Made by a program: the position numbers and the translations under genes | Part shown: one piece after another, positions 1 to 9,210 of the stretch | Position numbering within the stretch: the stretch's first letter is position 1 | Layout: each line of letters starts with the position of its first letter | Notes under the pieces: generated by a model | What the model was told of the DNA's origin: nothing | Seen by the model: the letters and a program-made list of their open reading frames with translations, nothing else | Databases searched by the model: none | Assembly: GCA_943370615.1 (NCBI GenBank) | Contig: CALRRQ020000010.1 | Coordinates: 30,553-94,552, forward strand | Direction: 5' to 3' | Length of the DNA stretch: 64,000 nt | Source: Rhizobium sp. Q54 | Lineage (GTDB): Bacteria > Pseudomonadota > Alphaproteobacteria > Rhizobiales > Rhizobiaceae

Positions 1-1
1 C

Positions 2-364
2 GGCTCGCGCGATTCCGAAAGCGCCCGCAAGATGCGCGAAGCCCTGCAGCTGATCCGGGCCCAGGCGCCCGAGCTGGAAGTCGACGGCGAAATGCAGGGC
101 GGCTCGGCGCTGTCGGAGGCGCTGCGCAAGCGCGCCATGCCCGACGGCACGCTGACCGGCGAAGCCAATCTGCTGGTTTTCCCCAACCTCGATGCCGCCA
201 ATATCTCGCTCGGCATTGTCCGCACCATGATGGATGCGCTGCATGTCGGACCGATCCTGCTTGGCGCCGCCCTGCCCGCCCACGTGCTGTCGACATCCGT
301 CACCTCGCGCGGGGTGGTCAACATGGCCGCCCTTGCCGTCGTCGAAGCCGCCCAGCCCGACTGA
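2..364 (+). CDS. dme: Malic enzyme, C-terminal phosphotransacetylase-like domain (5' end lies outside the window)
   Basis: The frame is open from base 2. Motifs EVDGEMQG and ANLLVFPNLDAANI..GPILLG are typical of the PTA-like tail of chimeric malic enzymes. dme is chosen over tme because it sits upstream of sinR, as in Sinorhizobium. Confidence 0.75.
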   Translation, partial: GSRDSESARKMREALQLIRAQAPELEVDGEMQGGSALSEALRKRAMPDGTLTGEANLLVFPNLDAANISLGIVRTMMDALHVGPILLGAALPAHVLSTSVTSRGVVNMAALAVVEAAQPD

Positions 365-520
365 CCACTGGGCGCATCCCGGTCCTCGGACATCGGACCG
401 AGCCCCCGCCACCGCCGGTGACGGGGCGCTCCTTCAGGCCGGTGCATGCTCCAAATTACCGGCTGGACATCATGGTCTCCGGCGAACACTCTTGACCCAT
501 ATTTTTGCAGGGTTTCAGGA

Positions 521-1267
521 ATGACGAACCAGGGCGGCTACTTCGACCTGCTGGACTGGCTGCAAGACCAGAAGGTCGTGCGTCCGCTCCCGTTCTTCAG
601 GCAGATGCAGGCCAGCTTCGGCATCGCCCACATCTTCTACATCGACGCGGTGTGCACGCCGGCCGGCGTCAAGGCCCATCGCCTGTTCCACACCTTCGGC
701 GCGGCCGCGGTGCATGCGGTCAGGGCGCTCGGCCCGGGCGTGTTCGAACCGCCGCTGCGCCTGGCGCTGTCGGCGATCCGGCCGCTCGACTGGAACGTGC
801 TGACGCCCGGTACGCCCGCCCGCGACGGCCTCGACAAGGTGGCCGAACGCCTCGGTATCACGCCCTGCGGCGTGGCCTACCCGCTCATCTCGCGCGAAGG
901 CCGCCAGGCCGTGTTCGCCGTGCACATCGATGCCGAGGCCTGCGACTGGCACAGGTTCCGCCGCGTGCATGACCGCGACCTGCAGGCGCTCGCCGTCGAG
1001 TTCCATGCCTCGCTGCTCCAGGGCAGCGGGTCCGGCGGCAGCGACAGCGAGGCCACGCCGCGGCTGACCCGGCGCGAACGCCAGGCGCTCTACTGGGCGG
1101 CGGCCGGAAAGAGCTACTGGGAGACCGCGGTGATCCTCGGAATCACTGAGCGCACGGTGCGCTATTTCATGTCCAATGCGCGCCGCAAGCTCAATGTCGT
1201 CTCCAATACCCAGGCGGTCGCCGAGGCCGCCTGGCGCGGTCTCTTGCCAGGCCCGGACCTGCACTGA
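521..1267 (+). CDS. sinR: LuxR-family regulator, SinR-like
   Basis: C-terminal LuxR HTH (LTRRERQALYWAAAGKSYWETAVILGITERTVRYFMSNARRKLNV). It lies directly upstream of an AHL synthase gene. Start placed at ATG 521. Confidence 0.85.
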   Translation: MTNQGGYFDLLDWLQDQKVVRPLPFFRQMQASFGIAHIFYIDAVCTPAGVKAHRLFHTFGAAAVHAVRALGPGVFEPPLRLALSAIRPLDWNVLTPGTPARDGLDKVAERLGITPCGVAYPLISREGRQAVFAVHIDAEACDWHRFRRVHDRDLQALAVEFHASLLQGSGSGGSDSEATPRLTRRERQALYWAAAGKSYWETAVILGITERTVRYFMSNARRKLNVVSNTQAVAEAAWRGLLPGPDLH

Positions 1268-1319
1268 GCGCCCCTGCCCGGTGCGGCGCACAAGCATAAT
1301 CCGCAATTGCAATTCCGCG

Positions 1320-1339
1320 ACCTGTCGCTACCGACAGTT
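1320..1339 (+). promoter_or_regulatory. lux-box-like inverted repeat upstream of the AHL synthase gene
   Basis: ACCTGTCGCTACCGACAGTT has a CTGTC-N6-GACAG dyad and resembles the 20-bp lux box ACCTGT-N8-ACAGGT. It lies 57 bp upstream of the sinI ATG. Confidence 0.7.
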
Positions 1340-1396
1340 TCATTTCATATGCAATTCGCCATCTTTCAGTCGCCTGGACAAACAAGGGAGACTGGA

Positions 1397-2038
1397 ATGA
1401 TCCGGATCATCAATGGCGCCAATCGCAACGAATACCCCGAGGAAATCGCCGCCATGCACCGGCTGCGCAAGCGGGTTTTCCACGATCTTCTGAAATGGGA
1501 CGTAACCGTCAGAGACGACTGGGAAGTGGACCACTATGACGATGCCAACCCCATCTACGTCATGTCCTATTCGCCCGACGGCCATCTGCGCGGCTCGCTC
1601 AGGCTGCTGCCGACGCTCGGTCCCAACATGCTCGACGATACCTTCCCGATCCTGCTCGGCGGGCGGCCGGAGATCCGCAGCGCCGAGATCTGGGAATCGA
1701 GCCGCTTCTGCATCGAGCCGGAAATCTCGCAGGACCGCGCCTCGAACCAGGTGACGATCGCGGCCGCCGAACTGATGTGCGGGGTCGGCGAAATCGGTCT
1801 CGCCTCGGGCCTCAGCCATATCGTCACCGTGACGGACGTCTTCCTCGAGCGCATGTTCCGGCGCATGGGCTGCCCGGGCGAGCGCATCGCCGAGCCGCAC
1901 AAGATCGGCTCGGTCCATGCGGTCGCCGTCGCATGGGAGGTCACGCCGGACCTGTTGGCACGCATGAAGGGCGTCGCCGAGATCGACGGGCCCCTGCTGG
2001 TCGAACCGCTCTCCATCGAGCAGCCCCGCGCCGCCTGA
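1397..2038 (+). CDS. sinI: Acyl-homoserine-lactone synthase (LuxI family, SinI-like)
   Basis: Motifs RLRKRVFHDLLKW, EVDHYD, GSLRLLPT and WESSRFC. A GGGAG RBS precedes ATG 1397. Confidence 0.92.
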   Translation: MIRIINGANRNEYPEEIAAMHRLRKRVFHDLLKWDVTVRDDWEVDHYDDANPIYVMSYSPDGHLRGSLRLLPTLGPNMLDDTFPILLGGRPEIRSAEIWESSRFCIEPEISQDRASNQVTIAAAELMCGVGEIGLASGLSHIVTVTDVFLERMFRRMGCPGERIAEPHKIGSVHAVAVAWEVTPDLLARMKGVAEIDGPLLVEPLSIEQPRAA

Positions 2039-2200
2039 CACGACCCGCAAGAAGCCGAAGCGCCGCGCCCGCCGTGGCGCTTCGCCGTTAACACAGATTT
2101 GTGTTGCCGTTTGGCGGTTTGTCCCTCGCAAACTATAGTGAAACTGCCTATAGGCTCCGCAGTAATCCGTACAAGGACCGACGCCGACCGGGGACGCGAC

Positions 2201-3289
2201 TTGCACCATCGCAGACATCGATTGCTCCTGACGCTTGCCGTCCTGTTGACCTGCCAGCCGCTGGCTGCGCAGGCATCCGTCGTGTGCGAGAGCCTGCGCC
2301 TGCGGCTCGCATCCCAGCCGGAAGTGATCGCCGACACCAGCGAAATGCGCCGCTATTCGAGCGCCATCGCCCGGCAGAACCTGGAAATCCGCAAGGTTCG
2401 CTACGACATGCGGCGCCTGCGCTGCAACGGCGCGGTCATCGAATACCGGGCCGACGGCACCAGCCAGTGCGGCGAACTGTCCGCGGCCCTCACCCGCATG
2501 GAAAGCAACAAGCTGATGCTCGCCGGCAAGCGCGACGCGCTGCGTGAGGAAGGCGCCGCGGCCAATCCGGCACGCGAGCGGCTACTGGCGGCGCTCGAGG
2601 CCAATGGCTGCAATGCCGAGCAGCCGGGCCCGCGCGACATGCCCATGGCACCGCCGGGAACGCTCAGCCGACCGATCGAAGCGAACGCACCGGAGAGCGC
2701 GGCGAGCCGCGCCGGCCGCTTCCAGACCTTCACCGGCCACGGCAGCCTCAGAACGCTGTGCGTGCGAACCTGCGACGGCGCCTTCTTCCCGATCTCGTCG
2801 AACACCTCGCCGCTCAATTTCCGCCGCGATGCGCAGATCTGCGAGCAGATGTGCCCGGAAACGGAGACCGAACTCTACTACCACTCGATGCGCACCGAGG
2901 AGAGCGCCGACATGGTCTCCGCCGAGACCGGTCAGCCCTATCGCACGCTGCCGACCGCCTTCGCCTACCTCAACCGGGCGAGTGGCGAGAAACCGTCCTG
3001 CGGCTGCGATCTCGCCGGTTACTATCGCCGCATGCAGGGCCACACCGCGCAGGGCAATACCGCCGCCGGAAGCGACAAGGCCGTGGTCGAGATCGGCCGC
3101 TCGGCTTCGGCCGACGCGAAACCCGGCGTCCTGCCGCCGCGGACGCCACCGGCCGCGCCGCAGGATCGGACCTATGATCCGCAATCGGCATCCGTGCGCC
3201 AGGTCGGCCCCACCTTCCTGCCGTCCGCGACCAGCGACATCGACCTGCGCAATCCCGCCCTGCCGGGTCCCCAGCCGCTCCAGCAATAA
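2201..3289 (+). CDS. Secreted Cys-rich protein, DUF2865-like
   Basis: Signal peptide (LLLTLAVLLTCQPLAAQA), a coiled N-terminal region, and the motif RTLCVRTCDGAFFPIS..CEQMCP..AFAY..CGC. TTG start at 2201 with a GGGGA RBS; the start is uncertain. Confidence 0.7.
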   Translation: MHHRRHRLLLTLAVLLTCQPLAAQASVVCESLRLRLASQPEVIADTSEMRRYSSAIARQNLEIRKVRYDMRRLRCNGAVIEYRADGTSQCGELSAALTRMESNKLMLAGKRDALREEGAAANPARERLLAALEANGCNAEQPGPRDMPMAPPGTLSRPIEANAPESAASRAGRFQTFTGHGSLRTLCVRTCDGAFFPISSNTSPLNFRRDAQICEQMCPETETELYYHSMRTEESADMVSAETGQPYRTLPTAFAYLNRASGEKPSCGCDLAGYYRRMQGHTAQGNTAAGSDKAVVEIGRSASADAKPGVLPPRTPPAAPQDRTYDPQSASVRQVGPTFLPSATSDIDLRNPALPGPQPLQQ

Positions 3290-3389
3290 CGACCGCCGCC
3301 GTCCGCCGGAACCGACAGCCCACCCGCCGAACGCAGACGGCCGGGCGAGAGCCCGGCCGTCTGGCAGTCCTTGAGAAGGATCCGATGGA

Positions 3390-5267
3390 TCAGGCGGCGC
3401 GCGCCCGCGCCGGGGCATAGCCGCCGCGATTGCCGCTGATGTCGAACTGCCCCACTTGGGTGAACAGCTCTTCGGCCTCCTGCGCCAGCTTGTGCGCCGA
3501 GGCGGTCGACTGCTCAACCATGGCGGCATTCTGCTGGGTCACCTGGTCCATCTGGGTAATCGCCCCGTTGATCTCGGAGAGGCCGGTGGCCTGCTCGTGC
3601 GCGCCGGTGACGATGGCGCGGATGTCGCTGTTGATCTCAGTAACATTCGCCTGGATCAGGCTGAGGATTTCTCCCGACTGGTTGACCAGCGATACGCCGG
3701 AGCTGACGGCCTCGCTCGAGCGCGCGACGAGCGCGGTGATTTCCTTCGCCGCATTGGCCGAGCGCTGGGCAAGCTCGCGCACTTCCTGGGCAACGACGGC
3801 AAACCCCTTGCCGGCCTCGCCTGCGCGGGCGGCCTCGACGCCGGCATTCAGCGCCAACAGGTTGGTCTGGAAGGCGATCTCGTCGATCACGCCGATGATC
3901 TTGCCGATCTGCGACGAGCTTTCCTCGATATTGTCCATGGCGGCGATGGCGTTGCGGACGATCTCGTCCGACTGCTGCGCCTGCCGGTTGGCATCGCCGA
4001 CCTTGCGGCTGGCGCTGTCGGCGATCGCCGCCGAATTGCTGACTGTCGTGGTGATCTGGTTGAGGGCGGCGGCCGTCTGCTCCAGGGCGGCGGCCTGCTG
4101 CTCGGTGCGGCGCGCCAGATCGTCCGAGGCGGAGCGCATCTCGGCGGAGCTGGAGCGGATCTCGTGCGAGATACCGGCAATGTCGGACATGGCGGTCTGG
4201 AGCCTCGTGGCCGACTGGTTGAAGTTCAGGCGCAGGCGGTCATATTCGCCCTCGAAGACCGTGTTGATGCGCGACGCCAGGTCCCCCTGCGCCAGCCGGT
4301 CGAGGGCTTCGGCCAGGGCATCGACGGTTGTCTTGGTGCGGTTGAGCTCGACGATGCGCTCCGCATCGTTCATCGACTGGATCTCGGCCAGACGCTCGCG
4401 ATTGCGCTGCTCCTCGACCTCGGCTTCGCGCCGGGCGATCAGGTTCTCGCGGAAATTCTTGAAGGACCGGGCGAGGTCGCCGATTTCGTCCGGGCGATCG
4501 ACCCCGGCAAGTTCGACATCGACATGGCCCTCGGCCAGCTTGTTCATCGCCGCGGTGGCGCGGTTCAGCGGGCTGAGCAGGCGGCGCATGACGAAGGCCG
4601 CAAGTCCGGCTCCGCAGGCCAGCACGAAGACGCCGAGTGCGGCCAGAACCAGCGCCATGTCGGTCGACTGCTGGCGCGCCGTGCGGATATCGGCCTCAGC
4701 CTTGCCGGTCTCGCGGTCGACAACGGCCGTGACGATGGCGCCGGTCGCCTCGATCTCCTTCTGCAAAGCATCGGAGAAGCCGTCGAAACTGCCCATCAGC
4801 TTGTTGCCCTCGGTGGTTCCGCCGGCAATGAAGGCTTCGGCCATCTCGATCCCGGCCTTGTGAAATTCGCCATAACGCTGGGACAGGAGCTTCATCGCGG
4901 GGACGAGATCGGGCGCATCGAGCGCCACGGCCAGGCTTTCGATCCGCTCGACTAGCTTGGCGAGGCGCGCCGCTTCCTGCTCGGCGAGCACGAAGCCGTC
5001 GTCGAGGCCGTCCTTCGCCTGCGTCGCGGAAATGTCGGTCAGCGATTCCTGGGTGCTGACGATCGCCAGTTCGACTTCCTTCTGGCTGGCGACCAGCTCG
5101 CGCAGCAGCACGTCGGTCTTTCGCTCTTCTTCGTAGAGGCTGATGACGGCCTCCAGCTGGCGCTGCCCGGCGATATCAGAAACGGCGATCACCGAGACAC
5201 TGACGAGAACGAGTCCGCCGATGGCAGCCGAAACAGCCCTGCCGAGGCGAATTTTGAGAAGATTCAT
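3390..5267 (-). CDS. Methyl-accepting chemotaxis protein
   Basis: Two TM segments, a HAMP domain ([13 protein letters not shown]) and the MCP hairpin [37 protein letters not shown]. There is no C-terminal xWxxF pentapeptide. Confidence 0.93.
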   Translation of the reverse strand: MNLLKIRLGRAVSAAIGGLVLVSVSVIAVSDIAGQRQLEAVISLYEEERKTDVLLRELVASQKEVELAIVSTQESLTDISATQAKDGLDDGFVLAEQEAARLAKLVERIESLAVALDAPDLVPAMKLLSQRYGEFHKAGIEMAEAFIAGGTTEGNKLMGSFDGFSDALQKEIEATGAIVTAVVDRETGKAEADIRTARQQSTDMALVLAALGVFVLACGAGLAAFVMRRLLSPLNRATAAMNKLAEGHVDVELAGVDRPDEIGDLARSFKNFRENLIARREAEVEEQRNRERLAEIQSMNDAERIVELNRTKTTVDALAEALDRLAQGDLASRINTVFEGEYDRLRLNFNQSATRLQTAMSDIAGISHEIRSSSAEMRSASDDLARRTEQQAAALEQTAAALNQITTTVSNSAAIADSASRKVGDANRQAQQSDEIVRNAIAAMDNIEESSSQIGKIIGVIDEIAFQTNLLALNAGVEAARAGEAGKGFAVVAQEVRELAQRSANAAKEITALVARSSEAVSSGVSLVNQSGEILSLIQANVTEINSDIRAIVTGAHEQATGLSEINGAITQMDQVTQQNAAMVEQSTASAHKLAQEAEELFTQVGQFDISGNRGGYAPARARAA

Positions 5268-5384
5268 GATGGCCCCAATTGACGATGAAATGTTGAAAGA
5301 GCCTCGCCGAGCCATTCGGCGCGCAACATCTGCATCATGCGGTTGGTGGAGCAAACTCCCAGGCAGGGCAAGTTTTAGCCCAGG

Positions 5385-5406
5385 ATGTTTAATGGATGTT
5401 AAACAT
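5385..5406. promoter_or_regulatory. Perfect 8-bp inverted repeat upstream of the MCP gene (candidate operator)
   Basis: ATGTTTAA-TGGATG-TTAAACAT in the AT-rich bluB-mcp gap. Confidence 0.35.
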
Positions 5407-5447
5407 AGCGATCGGGTGCGCAACTACTTCAAAGCACAACCAAAAGC

Positions 5448-6194
<747 letters not shown>

Positions 6195-6204
6195 CTAAGC
6201 CTAT

Positions 6205-6395
6205 CTTGCCAGGCCGGTCTTCTGACTGGGCTTCGTCTGCACCGCGCCGACCTTCCCGGCCCGAAGAACCAGTGGTTCGAACCGCCTGCGGTTCGTTGGC
6301 GCGAGGCATCCACCTCACAGCGTTGGGCACGTGCCGGAATTCCACCGGCTTCCCGATTCTCCCGCCCCGGAAGGGCGGGCACCTGACGGAAGAAT
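6205..6395 (-). promoter_or_regulatory. Cobalamin (B12) riboswitch
   Basis: The minus strand reads CAGGTGC..GAATCGGGAAGCCGGTGGAATTCCGGCACGTGCCCAACGCTGTG..CCACTGG..GGGAAGG..AGTCAGAAGACCGGCCTG, which are the conserved B12-element blocks. Boundaries are approximate. Confidence 0.92.
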
Positions 6396-6442
6396 GTCTA
6401 CAGCATCACCGCCCGAAGGCAAGACGGCTTGCCCGCGTTTGC

Positions 6443-7276
6443 CTAACCGGCCGCCGGGGAGTAGCGGACATAGGCGAATTCGTCGCCACCGGGCGACCAA
6501 CAGGGAACATTGATCGTGCCCTGCCCGCCGAACAGCTCGAACAGCGTTTCCGGATTGCTCCCATCCGGATCGACGAGCCGCAGACGCACGTCGAGATCGC
6601 GGGGATGGTCGAAGACATCAGGGTCGTAGGACAAGAGCAGGACCTTGTCGCCCTTCGGCGACGGATGCGGGAACCAATCGCCGAATGCGCTGTCGGTGAC
6701 CCGCTCCGCGGCACCACCCTCGGCCGGCACGCGCCAGATCTGCATCCGCCCCGAGCGGCTGGAATTGAAATAGATCCATCGGCCGTCCGCCGAATAATCC
6801 GGTCCGTCATTGCGCCCTTCGCCGAAGGTCAGCCGGGTCTCCTCTCCGCCGTCGACGGAAATCGTGTAGATGTCGAAGACGTCGTTGCGAATGCCGCAAT
6901 AGGAGAGCGTGCGCCCGTCCGGCGACCAGCCGTGCCAGTAGGACGGCAGGTTGCGCGTCACCTGGCGCGGGGTACCGCCCTCGGCCGGCAGGATGTAGAT
7001 GCACGACTTGCCGTGCTCGACCTTGTCCGACAGGACGATCCAGCGGCCGTCCGGCGAAATCCCGTGGTCGTTGTTGCAGGCGGTGGCAAGGCCGGTGTCG
7101 ATCCTGACCGGCGCGGCACTGCCGTCCGCCGGCAGCCGGTAGAGCAATCCGTCGCCGTTGATGACGAGGGAAAGGCCGTCCGGGCTCCAGTTGGGCGCCT
7201 CGACCAGCCGGTCCGTCTGCCACACGACCCGCCCGGCGCGGCTGCGGATATTGAAGATCTCGACGGAACTCCGCAT
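6443..7276 (-). CDS. TolB-like / PD40 beta-propeller protein
   Basis: Repeated PxWSPDG/SPDG motifs (APNWSPDG, GISPDG, HGWSPDG, PDYSADG, PCWSPGG). No signal peptide. Confidence 0.8.
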   Translation of the reverse strand: MRSSVEIFNIRSRAGRVVWQTDRLVEAPNWSPDGLSLVINGDGLLYRLPADGSAAPVRIDTGLATACNNDHGISPDGRWIVLSDKVEHGKSCIYILPAEGGTPRQVTRNLPSYWHGWSPDGRTLSYCGIRNDVFDIYTISVDGGEETRLTFGEGRNDGPDYSADGRWIYFNSSRSGRMQIWRVPAEGGAAERVTDSAFGDWFPHPSPKGDKVLLLSYDPDVFDHPRDLDVRLRLVDPDGSNPETLFELFGGQGTINVPCWSPGGDEFAYVRYSPAAG

Positions 7277-7311
7277 CGCGCGCTCCCTTCAGGCCCCGGG
7301 AACCGCGTCTG

Positions 7312-8991
7312 TCAGCGATCCCGGAAGCGATTGGTGATCGGATAACGCCGGTCGCGGCCGAAATTCTTGCGGGTGATCTTCACGCCCGGCGCCGACTGGC
7401 GGCGCTTGTATTCGGCGAGATAGAGAAGGTGCTCGACGCGGTGCACGGTGGCGATCTCATGGCCGCGCCCGACGATCTCGTCGACGGACATTTCCTTCTC
7501 GACCAGGCACTCCAGAATATCGTCCAGCACCGGATAGGGCGGCAGCGAATCCTGGTCGGTCTGGTTCGGCCGAAGTTCGGCGGATGGCGCCTTGGAGAGA
7601 ATATTGGCCGGGATCACTTCGCCCGACGGTCCGAGCGCGCCCGGCGGCACATGGTCGTTGCGCCACGCGGCCAGCGCATAGACCTGCATCTTGTAGAGGT
7701 CCTTGATCGGATTGAAGCCGCCATTCATGTCGCCGTAGAGCGTCGCATAGCCGACCGACATTTCCGACTTGTTGCCGGTGGTCACCAACATAGAGCCGAA
7801 CTTGTTGGAAATCGCCATCAGGATCGTGCCGCGCGCACGGCTCTGCAGGTTCTCCTCGGTGATCCCGCTCTCGGTGCCCTCGAACATGTCGGACAGCGCC
7901 GAGAGGAAGCCGTCGACCGGCTCGCCGATCGGCACGATATCGTAGCTGCAGCCGAGCGCCTTGGCGCAGGCAGCGGCATCGGTGAGCGAGTCCTTCGACG
8001 TATAGCGATAGGGCAGCATGACGGCGCGCACCCGTTCCTCGCCGAGCGCGTCGACGGCGATCGCCGCGCAGATGGCCGAATCGATCCCGCCCGAAAGGCC
8101 GAGCACGACGCTCTTGAAGCCGTTCTTGTTCACATAGTCGCGGAAACCGAGCACGCAGGCGCGGTAGTCGGCCTCTTCCTTTTCCGGAATGCGCGACATC
8201 GGCCCCTCGCCGCAGCGCCAGCCGTCTGCCGCCCGCTTCCACGTGGTCACGGCCAGCGTTGTCTCGAACTGGCTCATCTGGAAGGCCAGCGTCTTGTCGG
8301 CATTGAAGCCGAAGCTCGCGCCGTCGAACACCAGTTCGTCCTGTCCGCCCAGCTGGTTGGCATAGATCAACGGCAGGCCGCTTTCGATCACCTGCTTCAG
8401 CGCGACCTGGTGGCGGATGTCGACCTTCTCGCGGAAATAGGGCGATCCGTTCGGCACCAGCAGGATCTCGGCACCGGATTCGGCCAGCGTCTCGCAGACG
8501 CCGAGATCGCCCCAGATGTCCTCGCAGATCGGAATGCCGATGCGGATGCCGCGGAAATTGACCGGACCCGGCATTTCGCCGGCGGTGAAGACGCGCTTCT
8601 CATCGAACTCGCCGTAGTTGGGCAGGTCGATCTTGTCGCGCGTGGCGATGACCTTGCCGCCGTCCAGCACCGCGACCGAATTGTAACGGCCCTTCTGGTC
8701 CTCGCGGGGAAAGCCGATCACCACGCCCGGCCCGCCGTCGGCGGTCTCGGCAGCGAGCTGTTCGACCGCCTTGCGGCACGCCTTCAGGAAGGCCGATTTC
8801 AGCACCAGATCCTCCGGCGGATAGCCGGAAATGAAGAGCTCGGTCAGCAGCAGCAGATCGGCGCCCTGGGACGCGGCTTCCGCCCGCGCCTCCCGGGCCT
8901 TGGCGAGATTGCCGGCGACGTCGCCGACAGTCGGATCGAGCTGCGCGACGGCAATGCGGAGGGTGTCGGATCGGGTCTGGATATCGCTCAT
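7312..8991 (-). CDS. nadE: Glutamine-dependent NAD+ synthetase
   Basis: Nitrilase-like N-terminal domain (ELF..GYPPEDL, ICEDIW) plus a synthetase domain (LGLSGGIDSA, ENLQSRARG, TTGNKSE, KAPSAELRPNQTDQDSLPPY). Confidence 0.95.
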   Translation of the reverse strand: MSDIQTRSDTLRIAVAQLDPTVGDVAGNLAKAREARAEAASQGADLLLLTELFISGYPPEDLVLKSAFLKACRKAVEQLAAETADGGPGVVIGFPREDQKGRYNSVAVLDGGKVIATRDKIDLPNYGEFDEKRVFTAGEMPGPVNFRGIRIGIPICEDIWGDLGVCETLAESGAEILLVPNGSPYFREKVDIRHQVALKQVIESGLPLIYANQLGGQDELVFDGASFGFNADKTLAFQMSQFETTLAVTTWKRAADGWRCGEGPMSRIPEKEEADYRACVLGFRDYVNKNGFKSVVLGLSGGIDSAICAAIAVDALGEERVRAVMLPYRYTSKDSLTDAAACAKALGCSYDIVPIGEPVDGFLSALSDMFEGTESGITEENLQSRARGTILMAISNKFGSMLVTTGNKSEMSVGYATLYGDMNGGFNPIKDLYKMQVYALAAWRNDHVPPGALGPSGEVIPANILSKAPSAELRPNQTDQDSLPPYPVLDDILECLVEKEMSVDEIVGRGHEIATVHRVEHLLYLAEYKRRQSAPGVKITRKNFGRDRRYPITNRFRDR

Positions 8992-9118
8992 GACCCTCGT
9001 TTAGCGCGGGACGGTCGCCTTCGCAATGTCGGCGAGCGAATGGGGTGTGCCGCGCCGCAACTACCGTGTTGAAAATCGCGGGAACAAAGCACTGTGCGGC
9101 ATGGTTCATCTAGCGTTC

Positions 9119-9136
9119 ATGACGACTATGTGACAG
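9119..9136 (-). promoter_or_regulatory. Putative Pho box (PhoB site)
   Basis: The minus strand reads CTGTCAC-ATAG-TCGTCAT, a 7-4-7 direct repeat close to the CTGTCAT-N4-CTGTCAT consensus. It lies between divergent nadE and the LTA-synthase-family gene. Confidence 0.55.
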
Positions 9137-9210
9137 CTATGCGAAAGTTTTGTTAAGCTTCTTGTCGATTGCTGGAGAGCGCGTTGGCTGAGATTATATC
9201 CGAGCCTGGA

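Noticed and set aside
495-512. ExpR repression site near the sinR start (CCCATATTTTTGCAGGG)
   Set aside because: There are too many mismatches to the consensus to call it without a PWM score.
3430-4955. Long plus-strand ORFs opposite the MCP, and similar antisense or alternate-frame ORFs throughout the track
   Set aside because: They have no recognisable motifs and are fully explained by high-GC codon bias of the real gene on the other strand or frame.
5268-5447. c-di-GMP riboswitch in the MCP leader
   Set aside because: The conserved GGCAAAC/GCAAAG aptamer architecture is not present.
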